From an uncultured delta proteobacterium (GTDB lineage Bacteria; Desulfobacterota; Binatia; UBA9968), in contig CAVUZH010000015.1 in assembly GCA_963745835.1 (NCBI GenBank), positions 1-64,000 on the forward strand: 64,000 bases of DNA, read 5' to 3'. The notes beneath the pieces were generated by a model that saw nothing but the letters and a program-made list of their open reading frames with translations, was not told the DNA's origin and made no database searches. The position numbers and the translations under genes were made by a program. Positions 38,250 to 49,347 of the stretch are shown piece after piece. Every line of letters starts with the position of its first letter. Within the stretch, counting starts at the first letter, position 1.

Positions 38250-38927
38250 CCGTCCTCGGCAAAAGCCGTCCGTTACCGTGTAGTTGTTGCGGCCTTCGAT
38301 GATTGCACGATCAGCGGAGACTTTCCATGAAAATGTGGATAACCCTGTGGATAGACTTCGCCTATTAAGCCTCAGAGCCTAAGTAGAAGCGGCGCTGACC
38401 AAATTGCCTAAAAATTCAACTAAATTTCCGGTGATCGTACAGACAGTTTCTCTCCTTCCACTCTGTCATACGCTTTACCCTGTAAGTTCTCAGCTTTCGC
38501 AAAACGGTTCCGCATTTTCTGAAAATGCACTGTACGGGCTCCCGGAGCACTGGCAGTCCTTTACTATCTTTGTCATTTTTCCACCCTCCAGCCAACCAGT
38601 AGATGTCAGTTATCAACAGCTCTTTTTTGTCATCCCGGGCCTACCCTACGTTGCGAGACGTTGTGCGTGAAGCCCGAATGGAACCGCGTTGCTTTCTTTT
38701 GTGAACTCTTAGCCCGTGTGCGCTACGTTCTTTTCCTAAGGCGTAGACTCAGCAGCAGCCTGGCAAAGTCGGAACTTGAGTTTTCCAGCCTGCCTGCCAT
38801 AGGAAAAAAGAGATCGCTGGGATGATGTAGAAGCCAAAATAAACACAAATAAAGAAAATAGGTACGCCATTCCGCTATACGTGAAGACTTAACGAACGGA
38901 GCGAGGAGCCGAGTCTTCAGCGGCCTG

Positions 38928-39476
38928 CTAGCGGACGCTCGCTGGATCCTTGGCCTCGCGCGGGAACCAGCCGCCAAGGCGGTGATAGGCTTTCAGATAA
39001 CTGATCTGCCCCTCGTTGGTCATGGCATTCTCCAAGACGCTGACCAAGCGCACAGCTACCGTTGGCCGCGGGTCATATCGGGGTTCATCGAGCTCTCGTG
39101 CGAGCTCGTCGGCCGCGACTGAGCTAAGGTAGGTTTTCATCCGCTCAAACGTCGTATCGTGGTAGTCGAGGAGTTGCTGGGCGGAAGCGCGGAAAGAGTT
39201 GACTTGTTCGCGCGTGTGTCTGGCCGATCGCCCATAATCCGCCGGTTCGGGCGGCATACCGAACCGGACAGCCCATCCTGCGCCGATCCACAGCTGCTCG
39301 CGGCCGGAAAGTCCGGAGACATTGCTGTCCATGACTCGACTGATGCGCCAGGCAAGCCACCCGATCGACGGATGCGGCTCTTTAACCAGTTCCTCCGGCG
39401 TAATGTCACCCAACGTGCGGTGCAGCGACTCGTGGACCCGTGTAAACGCGTCAAGCAAGATATCGTTCGCGATCAT
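38928..39476 (-). CDS. DinB_2-family protein
   Basis: SIGWLAW, EQLW...GW..RFG, TVAVRLVSV......GQISYL. Usual metal-binding His residues are replaced. Confidence 0.8.
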   Translation of the reverse strand: MIANDILLDAFTRVHESLHRTLGDITPEELVKEPHPSIGWLAWRISRVMDSNVSGLSGREQLWIGAGWAVRFGMPPEPADYGRSARHTREQVNSFRASAQQLLDYHDTTFERMKTYLSSVAADELARELDEPRYDPRPTVAVRLVSVLENAMTNEGQISYLKAYHRLGGWFPREAKDPASVR

Positions 39477-39619
39477 GAAGGTGTCCTCCGTAGCTTGCGC
39501 TTACTACTGACCTGTCAAACAATCAACATTCAAAAGATCAGGTAAAGGGCATGCGCCACGATGTCAGGCTTTGATTGTTTGCTTAGAAGAGCAAGGCGTG
39601 CAGGGTCCTTGATGAATGT

Positions 39620-39832
39620 CTAACGCGCTTTCTCCAACTCCGCCAAACGAGTCTTCGCCTGATTCGCGTAGGGCGAGTCGGGATATTCTTCTACGATCTG
39701 CCGGTAAAGTTTCGTCGCATGCGGCTTGTTGTTCTGTTTCTCTTCGAGCTGCGCGGTATCGTATAGATCCTTCGCTTTATCACCGCAGCCCGCGAGCAGC
39801 AGGAGCAGGCAACCGGCAAGAAATCTTCGCAT
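39620..39832 (-). CDS. Small TPR-like lipoprotein
   Basis: LAGC lipobox; LYRQIVEEYPDSPYANQAK.RL; AGGAG RBS. Confidence 0.8.
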   Translation of the reverse strand: MRRFLAGCLLLLLAGCGDKAKDLYDTAQLEEKQNNKPHATKLYRQIVEEYPDSPYANQAKTRLAELEKAR

Positions 39833-39919
39833 GAAAATTCTCCTAAATTGCTGGTGTCAGGCTCTGACGAGCGAGGTTGGGTAGCTCACACCCTGAAGGT
39901 CCGCTGCGTGCTCTCTGTA

Positions 39920-40782
39920 TTCAGGGCGCCCCCAGGTGCTGGACAAAAAATCTACTACAGTTCGACGCGAGTCCTCCGCTACTTCGCGATTGGGAGTCAT
40001 GCGAACCTTGCCTCCTATACCGAGCGCAGCCGAGTCGTCATTGAACACTCTAGCTCGCTCTTGAGAGTCCCAACCGTGAGTAGCTTTCGGATAGTATTTG
40101 AGCGAAACATGATTCCGCGCCGCTTCGGGTAGCGAAGCAACGAATTTCTGGCAACTGTCCGGCTCGTCATAATCGTCCTCACCGCCCGCGAATATTAGGA
40201 CGGGAGCACCCGTGAGTGTTTTGTACCTCCCATAGCCTGATGCTTTGGGCTCAGACGTTACCCTTAGGTGGGACCAGCAGACGGGATAGAACGGTGCGTG
40301 AGCGGCGAAGCGGACCTGCCCTTCCGTGAACAGCTGAGTAAACTATCCGAGGCTGCAGCGAGAGAGAGCCCGCCTCCCCACGAAAAACCCATTACGCCAA
40401 TGCGCCGTGGCTCGATTTCCGGTCGGCTTGCCAGATACTTCAACGCGCCATACATGTGGGTAAAGTTCTCGCGGGTACCGGCACGGGGTCGGTTGCTGCG
40501 GGAAAACATGAAGATTTCCAACGTACCAATCCCTGCCGCATTGAGTGTCTTTCTATGAAACTCGCCGCGGCCATCAATGCCGCCGCTCCCATGTAGAACT
40601 AGCACAACCGGGAGCTTGCCTCTCACCTTTGCTTCGGCAAGCTCGAGATCTCCCTTCACCTCTGAAACCGCCGAATAGCCCTTCGCCACAGCCCCAGGAA
40701 AAGTGACTACATCTGCGGGAGTCTTAGCAGGGCCAATCAACAAACAGGCCAAGGCCAGTAGATAACGCATCCTGATTGACAA
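39920..40782 (-). pseudogene. Dienelactone-hydrolase-like alpha/beta hydrolase, frameshifted
   Basis: LHGSGG and RIGVMGFSWGG, then in other frames TGAPVLIFAGGEDDYD and EDSRRTVVDF. Confidence 0.75.
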
Positions 40783-41058
40783 TCCTCAAAGTGTGGGGTT
40801 TTGAGGCGTAGGTTCACTGTCGCATAACGCACTCACAGATAAGCCACGATCTCGTAGAATCGATAGCCATGCTGCCGATAGCAACGTGTTCTGACAGCGG
40901 TTAATGGCAACGGGAGGGGGCTCGGGGTAAGGTCTTGAATCTTAATGTTTCTGTTCTAGCTTTGTTCCCCAAAAAGCACAGCAAGAAACCTCGCTCGTCA
41001 GTAACTGACTCCGTAGGGTTCGATGAGACTTCCATCGATACCCCATAAGCATTCTGCT

Positions 41059-42141
41059 TTACGACAAGCCGTAAAATTTCCGCGGGTTGTCCTCGACTAT
41101 TTTTCGGTGCATCTCGGCACTGATGCCGCCGCTCTCCTTCAATGTCGAAAGCGCCGATAGCTCGGTAGAAGAATCGGCATGGCCATAGTCCGTGCCGATC
41201 ATCAGGGTATTCTCGCCCATGCAGCTTTTGATCAGATAGGGCACGTCGTCACCGATCTGACAGGTTACGAAGATGCCGGAGCGTTCCAAAATATCATCCG
41301 GCAACTTGCTATTCCGTGTATCGAGACGGCGGCGCAACTCATAAATTACCCAGGGCACCCATGACGCCGCGGTCTCGATGAAGCCGAAACGAAGCTCAGG
41401 AAAAGTTTTTGGGATACCCGCGTTCATGATGCGAAATAATGCGCCGACATTAAAAATTCGGTACTGATTGAAAAAGTCACGGCTGCCGTCAGGATTGACC
41501 ATCATGTCCACGGCCGCCGCGCTGCCATTGGCTTGGTGCAGTCCAATGCAGAAATCGATCTTCTGTGCCTGTTCATACAAAGGGAAGAAATACGGGTCGG
41601 TGATCTGGCGTGTCCCCTCAAGCGGTCGCATGAAAATTCCGCACGCGCCGTTCTCCTTGGCAAATTTCAATTGATCGAGCGCGTCGGGCATGCTCAGCAG
41701 CGGCAGGGTGCACATCCATCGCAAACGCCCTTCGCTTTGCTTCCAGACATCCGCCAACCAACGATTGTAAGCGCCGCATAAAGCGACGTCGGTATCCGGT
41801 CTTTCCGTGCACTGATCAAGAAAGATGCTCGGGTAAAGAACCTGCACGTCGATACCAAGCTCATTCATGTGCTTTAGCCGCGCCGAGACATCGGCGAGAT
41901 CACGGGTCGCCATTGTGGTAGCCATATCGCGGCCGATTTCGGCGGATTTTCTCTCCAGATCTTCTTTGCTGAACGTGAAGCGAAACAAGCCGCGAATTTT
42001 ACCGTCAATCACCCAGTGAGCTCTTTGCGTGTCGCCCTCGGGTTTAAACAACATCGGGCGATATCTACTTTCCGAAGGAGTGAGATAATCCCACGTATGG
42101 GGACTTTCGACCACATGAGCATCTGCGTCTATCCATCCCAT
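41059..42141 (-). CDS. Amidohydrolase_2 family protein
   Basis: IDADAHVVE, AYNRWLA, IGLH, FIE..ASW, GTDYGH. Confidence 0.9.
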   Translation of the reverse strand: MGWIDADAHVVESPHTWDYLTPSESRYRPMLFKPEGDTQRAHWVIDGKIRGLFRFTFSKEDLERKSAEIGRDMATTMATRDLADVSARLKHMNELGIDVQVLYPSIFLDQCTERPDTDVALCGAYNRWLADVWKQSEGRLRWMCTLPLLSMPDALDQLKFAKENGACGIFMRPLEGTRQITDPYFFPLYEQAQKIDFCIGLHQANGSAAAVDMMVNPDGSRDFFNQYRIFNVGALFRIMNAGIPKTFPELRFGFIETAASWVPWVIYELRRRLDTRNSKLPDDILERSGIFVTCQIGDDVPYLIKSCMGENTLMIGTDYGHADSSTELSALSTLKESGGISAEMHRKIVEDNPRKFYGLS

Positions 42142-42264
42142 AAGGCAACTCCTTAAAGCAATTTTTTGGATTTTCGATTTTGGATTTTAGATTGAAACTC
42201 AACCCGCGATGCCCGGCTTTCGAATTGTATCTTCTTGCTCGCGCCACGCGTCAAGCCACTCGCC

Positions 42265-43029
42265 TCAATGAAGCACCGCCCCGCCGTTTACCAGTATCGT
42301 TTGTCCGGTCACAAACGTGCTTAAGTCCGATAATAGATAAAGAGCGGTGCCAACCAGGTCTTCCGGCTGCTCGATCCGTTTGAGAATCCTCGTCGATGCC
42401 GAGCGCTGGTAATTCTTCAACGCCTCATCGCTGGCTCTTTCCTCGCTCATGGTGGCGCCGGGCGCCAGAGTATTGACGCGAATATTGTCAGCGCCGAGCT
42501 CGCGCGCCAGCACCCGGCTGAAACCAACCACCGCCGCTTTCGAGGTGACATAATGCATCATCGTAAGTCCGCCGTTGAACGCCATGTTCGAGGAAATATT
42601 GACGATGCTTCCCTGCTTTCGCTGCTGCATAGCTGGCACCACCGCGCGGCTGGTTAACCACAACCCTTTGACATTGACGGCCATGACCCGGTCCCATTCG
42701 CATTCGTCGATGTCTTGCCAGCCGCCTTTGGTTACTGGCACACTCATGAAAATCGCGGCATTGTTGATCAGTCCATCGATTTTACCGAAGCTCTCCAGCG
42801 CTATCTTCACCATCTCCGAGCAGCTTGCCGAATTTGCCACATCGACTTGCACGCTTAGGGCTTTACCGCCGCTATCCGCAATTGCCTTTGCAACGCCTTC
42901 GGCGGCAGCACCATTGATATCAGCTACAACGACTGCCCCGCCTTCTTTAGCGATGCTCTGACAGTAAGCCCGGCCGATGCCATTGCCGCCGCCCGTGACC
43001 ACAACAACCTTTTCGTCCATTAAACCCAT
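42265..43029 (-). CDS. Short-chain dehydrogenase/reductase
   Basis: TGGGNGIG, NNAA, YVTSK. Confidence 0.95.
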   Translation of the reverse strand: MGLMDEKVVVVTGGGNGIGRAYCQSIAKEGGAVVVADINGAAAEGVAKAIADSGGKALSVQVDVANSASCSEMVKIALESFGKIDGLINNAAIFMSVPVTKGGWQDIDECEWDRVMAVNVKGLWLTSRAVVPAMQQRKQGSIVNISSNMAFNGGLTMMHYVTSKAAVVGFSRVLARELGADNIRVNTLAPGATMSEERASDEALKNYQRSASTRILKRIEQPEDLVGTALYLLSDLSTFVTGQTILVNGGAVLH

Positions 43030-43298
43030 ATTCTTGACCTCTGGTGATCCAGAACTCTCGCTATCATCGCATCATGACAACTGTCAACAACGGCTGGCAC
43101 AAGGATCACCTGGAATGAAGATCCTCGTCTGTCGCGAGCCGTAAGCGTAAACTAAACAACCATATAGACAGCAAAAGCGGATTTGCGATAATCACGCAGG
43201 AAAACACGGTCGTTAGCGAATGACTGCCGGAAACATCACTATGTAGCCGTGTTCTGTGGTATGAACAACAGGAAGACAACGGACCAGGAGGTTCCCTG

Positions 43299-44294
43299 AT
43301 GAACAGCCGTTTAATTCATCTCCTATCATTCGGTTTGATTAGTTTTATTCTCGCCATGCCGCAACATCTTCAGGCAAAAAGCTACATCGCCTACATCTCC
43401 GACTCGACGAATTCTTCTGTAATTTACTGGATCGCCAAAGAGGCGGGTATCTTGAAAAAACATGGGCTTGATCTCGACCTGATTTTCATCAACGGCAGCG
43501 TCCGCGGTATCCAAAGCTTGATCGCCGGCGATTTAAGTTATAGCGGCGCCGTCGGCACCGCAGTGATCAACGCCAAACTGGCGGGAGCAGATATCGCAAT
43601 TATCCAGAGCCAGATGAATACGTTGCCTTACTTCATCATCGGCAATGCCAACATCAAGTCGCCTGAAGGTTTAAAAGGACGATCGGCGGCAGTGCACATT
43701 CCCGGAACCTCGGCGGATTTCGCCATGCGACTTGCCCTGTCTAAGGTCGGCATCCCCTACTCGGATATCAAAGCCGTTACGGTTGGCGGCGCACCGGCCC
43801 GGCTGGCCGCGGTCACGAACGGGCAGATGGATTTCACGGTCGTCACCGATGGCGAACGGATTCAAGGAGAAAAAATGGGGCTGAAAGTCATCATCGACAT
43901 GGCGAAGCTAAACGTGCCTTTTCAGTTTAACTGCAGCGTGACCACCCGTACAAAGATTCGCGACAATCCCGACGAAGTGCGGCGAGTCGTCTGGTCGATG
44001 GCGGAATCGATCCATTTTTTTAAGACTCGTAAAGAAGAGTCGATCAAGATCATGCAGAAGTACACACGCGGGTTACCTCGCCATGTCTTGGAAGGAGCTC
44101 ATGCGGCAAATTCCGAGCTGCTCGTCGAAGATACCTATCCGACTATCGATGGACTCAAAAATACCTTGGAGGTTCAGGCGGCGACCGATGCGCGCGCCGC
44201 CAAATTCAAGGCTGAAGATATGGTCGAGCTGCGTTTCGTTGACGAAATGAGAAAAAGCGGCTTTATCGATAAGCTCTACGGCCGAAAAAAGTAA
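43299..44294 (+). CDS. NMT1/THI5-like ABC solute-binding protein
   Basis: WIAKEAG..KKHGLD, C-terminal EMRKSGFIDKLY. Confidence 0.9.
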   Translation: MNSRLIHLLSFGLISFILAMPQHLQAKSYIAYISDSTNSSVIYWIAKEAGILKKHGLDLDLIFINGSVRGIQSLIAGDLSYSGAVGTAVINAKLAGADIAIIQSQMNTLPYFIIGNANIKSPEGLKGRSAAVHIPGTSADFAMRLALSKVGIPYSDIKAVTVGGAPARLAAVTNGQMDFTVVTDGERIQGEKMGLKVIIDMAKLNVPFQFNCSVTTRTKIRDNPDEVRRVVWSMAESIHFFKTRKEESIKIMQKYTRGLPRHVLEGAHAANSELLVEDTYPTIDGLKNTLEVQAATDARAAKFKAEDMVELRFVDEMRKSGFIDKLYGRKK

Positions 44295-44312
44295 CTTAGG
44301 TTACGTCACAGG

Positions 44313-45176
44313 ATGATCTTTCCTCAGGTCTCGGCCGCGGACGTTGCGGCGGTCGCCGCCCACTATGACGATCTCGATCTCTTCTATCGCACCATCTGGG
44401 GCACCCATGTTCATCATGGCTATTGGCGGACTGGAAAAGAAAGCACTGAAGAAGCGGTCGAGAATCTGACCCATCTCGTCGCCGATCGCGCCGGCATTAA
44501 ATCCGGGACTTGTGTTTGCGATATCGGCTGTGGCTATGGCGGATCGGCGAAAATTTTCGCCGAGGATTACGGCGCCCGGGTCATCGGAATTACTGTTTCA
44601 AAAAAACAATACGAGCTCGCCCAAGTATTCCATGCCGGTTTAGCCGATGTCGATTTCATGAATTGTGACGGGCTTGCTAACGGCTTGCCAGCCGGGGCCT
44701 TTGACGCAGTGGTTTCTGTGGAAAGTTCTGAGCACATGCAGGATAAAGCGGCATTTTTCGCCGAAGTCAGCCGCTTATTGCGTCCGGGCGGGCGATTTGT
44801 CGTAGTAGCCTGGTTAGCACGAGAGCAACCTGGCGCAGCCGAGACGAAGTATTTGCTGGAGCCCATCTGCGCCGAAGGAAGGCTCCCGAGTATGGCTTCG
44901 GCACGGGAATATGAGCACATGCTTGTCGCTGCCGGTTTTCAAGATCTTGGATTCGAAGACTTAACTCGCAAAGTGAAAAAAACCTGGCGCATCTGCGCGC
45001 TACGCTGCTTGACGAGAGTCAGCAGTCATCAATTTTTGCGGCAACGCTTTCTTGATTCGACGTTTCCCAATCGAGTGTTCGCAAAAACCGTATTGCGCAT
45101 CTGGCTGGCCTATACCGTGGGCAGTATGCGTTATGGGCTTTTCTCCGGACGTAAACCCTGGGTCGATAAGTTATAA
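44313..45176 (+). CDS. SAM-dependent methyltransferase (gamma-tocopherol/sterol MT-like)
   Basis: HYD, WG.HVHHGYW, DIGCGYGG, ESSEHM.DK, LRPGG. Confidence 0.9.
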   Translation: MIFPQVSAADVAAVAAHYDDLDLFYRTIWGTHVHHGYWRTGKESTEEAVENLTHLVADRAGIKSGTCVCDIGCGYGGSAKIFAEDYGARVIGITVSKKQYELAQVFHAGLADVDFMNCDGLANGLPAGAFDAVVSVESSEHMQDKAAFFAEVSRLLRPGGRFVVVAWLAREQPGAAETKYLLEPICAEGRLPSMASAREYEHMLVAAGFQDLGFEDLTRKVKKTWRICALRCLTRVSSHQFLRQRFLDSTFPNRVFAKTVLRIWLAYTVGSMRYGLFSGRKPWVDKL

Positions 45177-45244
45177 CTTGTGATCTCCAGCAAAGCGAAG
45201 CTAACCGTCAATCAAACGAACCATTGAATTTTTAAAGGAACTTT

Positions 45245-45787
45245 ATGGCGCGGGTACGCTTAATCGATGAAAGGGATGCGACCGAGCATTCCGACTTAAT
45301 CCGCAAAATCAAGGGAGCGCGCGGCGGCCGGCTCATCAACATCTATCGTCTGATGATGCATAGTCCATCGCTCGCCAGCGCCTGGTTCGATCTAAATCAG
45401 GCGGTACGCTATGGCACGGAGATCGACGGACAAAGCCGCGAAATCGCGGTAATCCGGGTTGCCGTTCTGAACGATGTCGAGTATGTGTTGCGTGCCCACG
45501 GGCCGGCTTATGCATTGAAGGAAGGGCTCACACCGTCGCAGGTGGAGGCCTTGGCTGATTGGCAGAAATCGGATCTATTCAGTGGCAAACAACGCGCCCT
45601 GCTCGCTTATACGGATGCGATCACCCGTGATATCGATGTGCCTGACGCAGTGTTCGATGAAGTAAGGACTCATTTCACAGAACGTCAGACGGTCGAGCTG
45701 ACGTTGCTGATCAGCGCATATAACATGTTGACCCGATTTCTTAAAGCGCTGAAGGTCGATCCGGAACCTGCTTCCGAAACAAGCTAA
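45245..45787 (+). CDS. Carboxymuconolactone decarboxylase/AhpD-family protein
   Basis: NIYR.MMHSP, REIAVIRVA.LN..EY...H, VELTL.I..YN. Confidence 0.85.
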   Translation: MARVRLIDERDATEHSDLIRKIKGARGGRLINIYRLMMHSPSLASAWFDLNQAVRYGTEIDGQSREIAVIRVAVLNDVEYVLRAHGPAYALKEGLTPSQVEALADWQKSDLFSGKQRALLAYTDAITRDIDVPDAVFDEVRTHFTERQTVELTLLISAYNMLTRFLKALKVDPEPASETS

Positions 45788-45792
45788 GCTCG

Positions 45793-46884
45793 ATGGCGTC
45801 TCCTCGTCCGATTATTGTTGTCGAAGATGATCGTTTTCTCCGGCTGGTTCAGATCATCCTCGATCCAGCGACCCCCACCGAACGACTCTCGGCTTTCACT
45901 CACTTCATGGCGCACGACGAACCGGATTTTAAAGGTTGGTGTCAACGCCTGCGGACACGGCTCGGCAAACTTTATCCGGCCGAGGTTCGCCTGGTGGCGG
46001 ATCAAGGCGATCTCCATTCAAATCTTTTAGGCGCCAATGTCGCAATCGTCGAGAGTTTTCCAATGGCGGAGAAAGAAATTCTGGCTGCAGGTGGCTCGGT
46101 TCAAATCGTTCAAAAGTACGGCACCATTGCGACTCGCATCGACGTGGCTACCTGCCAACGATTGGGCGTACGCTTGCTTACAATCAGACGCCGGGCAAAT
46201 ATCGCCACCGCGGAACAAGCCTTCGCTTTGATTCTCGCCCTCGCTCGGAGGATAACCGACACGGCCAACCTGATCAGCGTGACCCAGTTGCGCAGCGCCG
46301 GTTATTCACCGACGCACTTCGATAGAAGCCAAACTCCAAATGGAAATTGGGCGCGCATCAATCGCTTGCGAACTCTCTACCAACAACAGTTGGGAGTGGT
46401 GGGTTTTGGTGAAATCGGTAGAGAAGTCGCGCAGCGAGCCGCCGCTTTCGGCATGCGCGTTGTTTACTGGCAGCGCCACCGGTTGGATAGAGCCGAGGAG
46501 GATCGATATCAGGTTAACTATTGCAGCCTGGACGAGCTGCTTGCGACTTCAGATTGCATCAGCCTGCATATGCCCGGTGGAGAAGGAACACGAGGCATTA
46601 TCAGCCGGCGCGAGCTAGGCATGATCAAGCCCGGAGCTTTGCTGATCAACGTTTCGCAACCTCAGCTGATCGATCGTGCGGCGCTGATCCAAGCTCTCGC
46701 CGCAGGACGGCTAAGTGGTTTCGGCCTGGATACTTTTTACGATGAGCCCGGCCAAGCGCACGACCCGCTTCTCGGCTTCCGCAATGTGCTCATCACCCCG
46801 CATCTCGCCGGCTCGCCGCGGTTCAACGCTCTCCGAGATTTTGAAGAGATGCTCATTAATATCGATCAGGTGCTGAGGCTATAG
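45793..46884 (+). CDS. D-isomer-specific 2-hydroxyacid dehydrogenase family
   Basis: GVVGFGEIG, SLHMP, GLDTF..EP, TPHLAG. Confidence 0.9.
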   Translation: MASPRPIIVVEDDRFLRLVQIILDPATPTERLSAFTHFMAHDEPDFKGWCQRLRTRLGKLYPAEVRLVADQGDLHSNLLGANVAIVESFPMAEKEILAAGGSVQIVQKYGTIATRIDVATCQRLGVRLLTIRRRANIATAEQAFALILALARRITDTANLISVTQLRSAGYSPTHFDRSQTPNGNWARINRLRTLYQQQLGVVGFGEIGREVAQRAAAFGMRVVYWQRHRLDRAEEDRYQVNYCSLDELLATSDCISLHMPGGEGTRGIISRRELGMIKPGALLINVSQPQLIDRAALIQALAAGRLSGFGLDTFYDEPGQAHDPLLGFRNVLITPHLAGSPRFNALRDFEEMLINIDQVLRL

Positions 46885-47277
46885 GATAGGGCACCAGCCA
46901 TCCTGCTGATCCGATTTTGGGCAAAGATGCGCTGTGATAAGAAATACTGCGGAGCCGAATTATTCGAGCGATACTATACGCATTGAATGAGTTGACCTGA
47001 TGGCATTCTGTTTAATAGTTGCAACGTTTTTTGCTTGCCATGCCGCAAGGTTGGTTCCATCTAAAATAAGATTGTTCACGGTGCGCAGCGCTAAACATAT
47101 GATCATCTCATTTGCCGATTGGCAAATCTTTAGAAGGCAAACGTGCTGTGCAGGCCACATTGGATCACGCCGCGCAGCAACCCAAACGATAATAGAAGTT
47201 TCGTTTCACAATTTATTGCACGACACGGAGGCTTTTCGATGGCAATCTCGCTCGTTAATTGCAGGTCAGAGTTTTCC

Positions 47278-48291
47278 ATGACTCACTGGAACAGGTTTCA
47301 TCACGCCTGGATGTTCGCGCTGGGGCTCGTCCTTTCAACTCTTTGTGTTAACCCTCCCTCTCACGCTCAGGAGGGACGACGGCTTCGCGCCGGCTACACG
47401 TCGCTTTCGGGAAATATGTTGCCGCTGTGGGCTGCGCGGGAGGGCGGCTATTTCAAAAAACACGGGCTCGAATTCGATCTGATTTCAATGCCGAGCGGCA
47501 ACGAGGGAATGAGCGCATTGATCGCCGGTGAATTGGAATTCCTGGCCATCGCTGGAAGCACGACCGCATCGGCCGCCATCGGCGGCGCCGATGTCGTCGC
47601 CCTTGGCACAACGGTCGAGCGTCTGGTTGCGTTTCTTGTTGCCGCGCCGTCGATACAGAAGCCGGAAGATCTCAAAGGAAAGTCGGTGGGTATCAGCCGC
47701 TTCGGCACCTCCATCGATACCGGCGCGCGGTTGGCGATTCAGCACTATGGCCTTGAACCGATCAAGGATGTCTCGATTGTGCAAATCGGCGCTGTCGCAT
47801 CGATTCTGAGCGCCATGCGCGGCGGCCGTATTCAAGCGGCGATTCTAACTTACCCTTCGATCATACAAGCCCGGCGCGAAGGTTATCGTGAATTACTGGA
47901 CATCGCCTCGCTCGGGATGCCCTATGCCTCCACTGGAATTACCGTCCGGCGCAGTTACATGCAACAGCGCCGGGATCTGGTGACTAACTATGTCAGAGCG
48001 ATCGTCGAATCCATCGCGCGCGTGAAAAAAGACAAAGCGTTTGCTGTCGATGTCATGAGCAAGTACCTGCGCACCACCGACAAGGAGGTGCTGGAAGGAA
48101 CCTACGACATTTCTGTGACGAAGTATCTCAAGCGGGTTCCTTTACCGACACTCGAAGCTTTCCGTTCCGTGGTGGACGAGCTGGCGCAGGTCAACCCCAA
48201 GGCAAAGGGACAAGACCCGAAAAAATTCTACGATGACAGCATCCTAAGAGAACTAGAAAAGAGCGGGTTCATCAGCGCGCTGGGTAGTTGA
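47278..48291 (+). CDS. NMT1/THI5-like ABC solute-binding protein
   Basis: GYFKKHGLE, DLKGKSVGISRFG, ELEKSGFI. Start uncertain. Confidence 0.9.
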   Translation: MTHWNRFHHAWMFALGLVLSTLCVNPPSHAQEGRRLRAGYTSLSGNMLPLWAAREGGYFKKHGLEFDLISMPSGNEGMSALIAGELEFLAIAGSTTASAAIGGADVVALGTTVERLVAFLVAAPSIQKPEDLKGKSVGISRFGTSIDTGARLAIQHYGLEPIKDVSIVQIGAVASILSAMRGGRIQAAILTYPSIIQARREGYRELLDIASLGMPYASTGITVRRSYMQQRRDLVTNYVRAIVESIARVKKDKAFAVDVMSKYLRTTDKEVLEGTYDISVTKYLKRVPLPTLEAFRSVVDELAQVNPKAKGQDPKKFYDDSILRELEKSGFISALGS

Positions 48292-48459
48292 TAGCAACCG
48301 TTCAATGTTCAAGGGTTCAAACGTTCAAGGTCAAATAACGGAGTAGCCGCGTTCTTTGTGTCGCTATGGCGCGAGGTATGCATATGGGGAGCCGAACCCA
48401 GATAAGTTTCCACAGCCCAACCTTTCACTCCAACTTTCCGCTTTGATATTTGTCCCAGG

Positions 48460-49278
48460 TTAGAAGTACATCCCGGGGTCGCCACTGGCGCGCGGAAGCG
48501 GCGAGACGATTGCGAAGAGAAATTTCAATGTCCAGTTTGCGATTGCGGCGAGGATGAAGATGAATAGCAATAACGAATACATATCGGCGATACGGAATTG
48601 GCCGTAATACTCGACGATCATGAAACCCAATCCCGCTTTGGCGATCTTGGTTTCCGCCAGGAGCGCGCCGGTCACCGCCGCCCCCATGCCAAGTCTTATG
48701 CCGGTAAAGACCTGACCGGCGATGGCGGGTAAATAAACGTGGGTTGCGATTTGCAGCGCGCTTGCGCCCGCGGTGCGCGCAACGTCAACGTAAACTTTCT
48801 TGACTTCGCGCATACCGGCAATCGTCAGCAGCGAAATCGGAAAGAACGCCGCGATAGCGCCCACCGCAAGCTTGGAGTGAACGTCAATTCCCAGAAACAA
48901 AATGAAAACGGGAAAGATCACGATCTTGGGGACCACCGCGGCATAAAGGATCAACGGTTCGACGATTTCCAGCCAACTGCGCCGGCTACCCCAAACAATC
49001 CCGAGTGGGATGGCGGTAAGCATCGCCAATGCGAGCGCGCCGCCGACTTCATAAAAACTGGCTTTGAGGTGCGGCAACAGCAGCGGTGTGGTGACGAATC
49101 GCCAGAGAGATTGCAGAATTTCGAGCATAGGCGGGAACAGTTCGTCAAAGAGGATGCCGGTGCGGCCGATGAATTCCCAAATCGCGATGACGACGACGAG
49201 GGTCAGCGCTTGAACGCTAAATGGCGTTTGGATCTGCGCTGCGAACAAAGTGCTGTTTGGCCGCCGGTTCATCATCAT
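48460..49278 (-). CDS. ABC transporter permease (TauC/SsuC type)
   Basis: VPKIVIFP, VARTAGAS EAA-like loop, LLAE...GLG. Confidence 0.9.
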   Translation of the reverse strand: MMMNRRPNSTLFAAQIQTPFSVQALTLVVVIAIWEFIGRTGILFDELFPPMLEILQSLWRFVTTPLLLPHLKASFYEVGGALALAMLTAIPLGIVWGSRRSWLEIVEPLILYAAVVPKIVIFPVFILFLGIDVHSKLAVGAIAAFFPISLLTIAGMREVKKVYVDVARTAGASALQIATHVYLPAIAGQVFTGIRLGMGAAVTGALLAETKIAKAGLGFMIVEYYGQFRIADMYSLLLFIFILAAIANWTLKFLFAIVSPLPRASGDPGMYF

Positions 49279-49347
49279 TCTTGATTGAAAATCGTCCGAA
49301 TTCGCGACGTCAACTCCTAGCCCTGAGATTCCGCGAGGTGTCTATGG

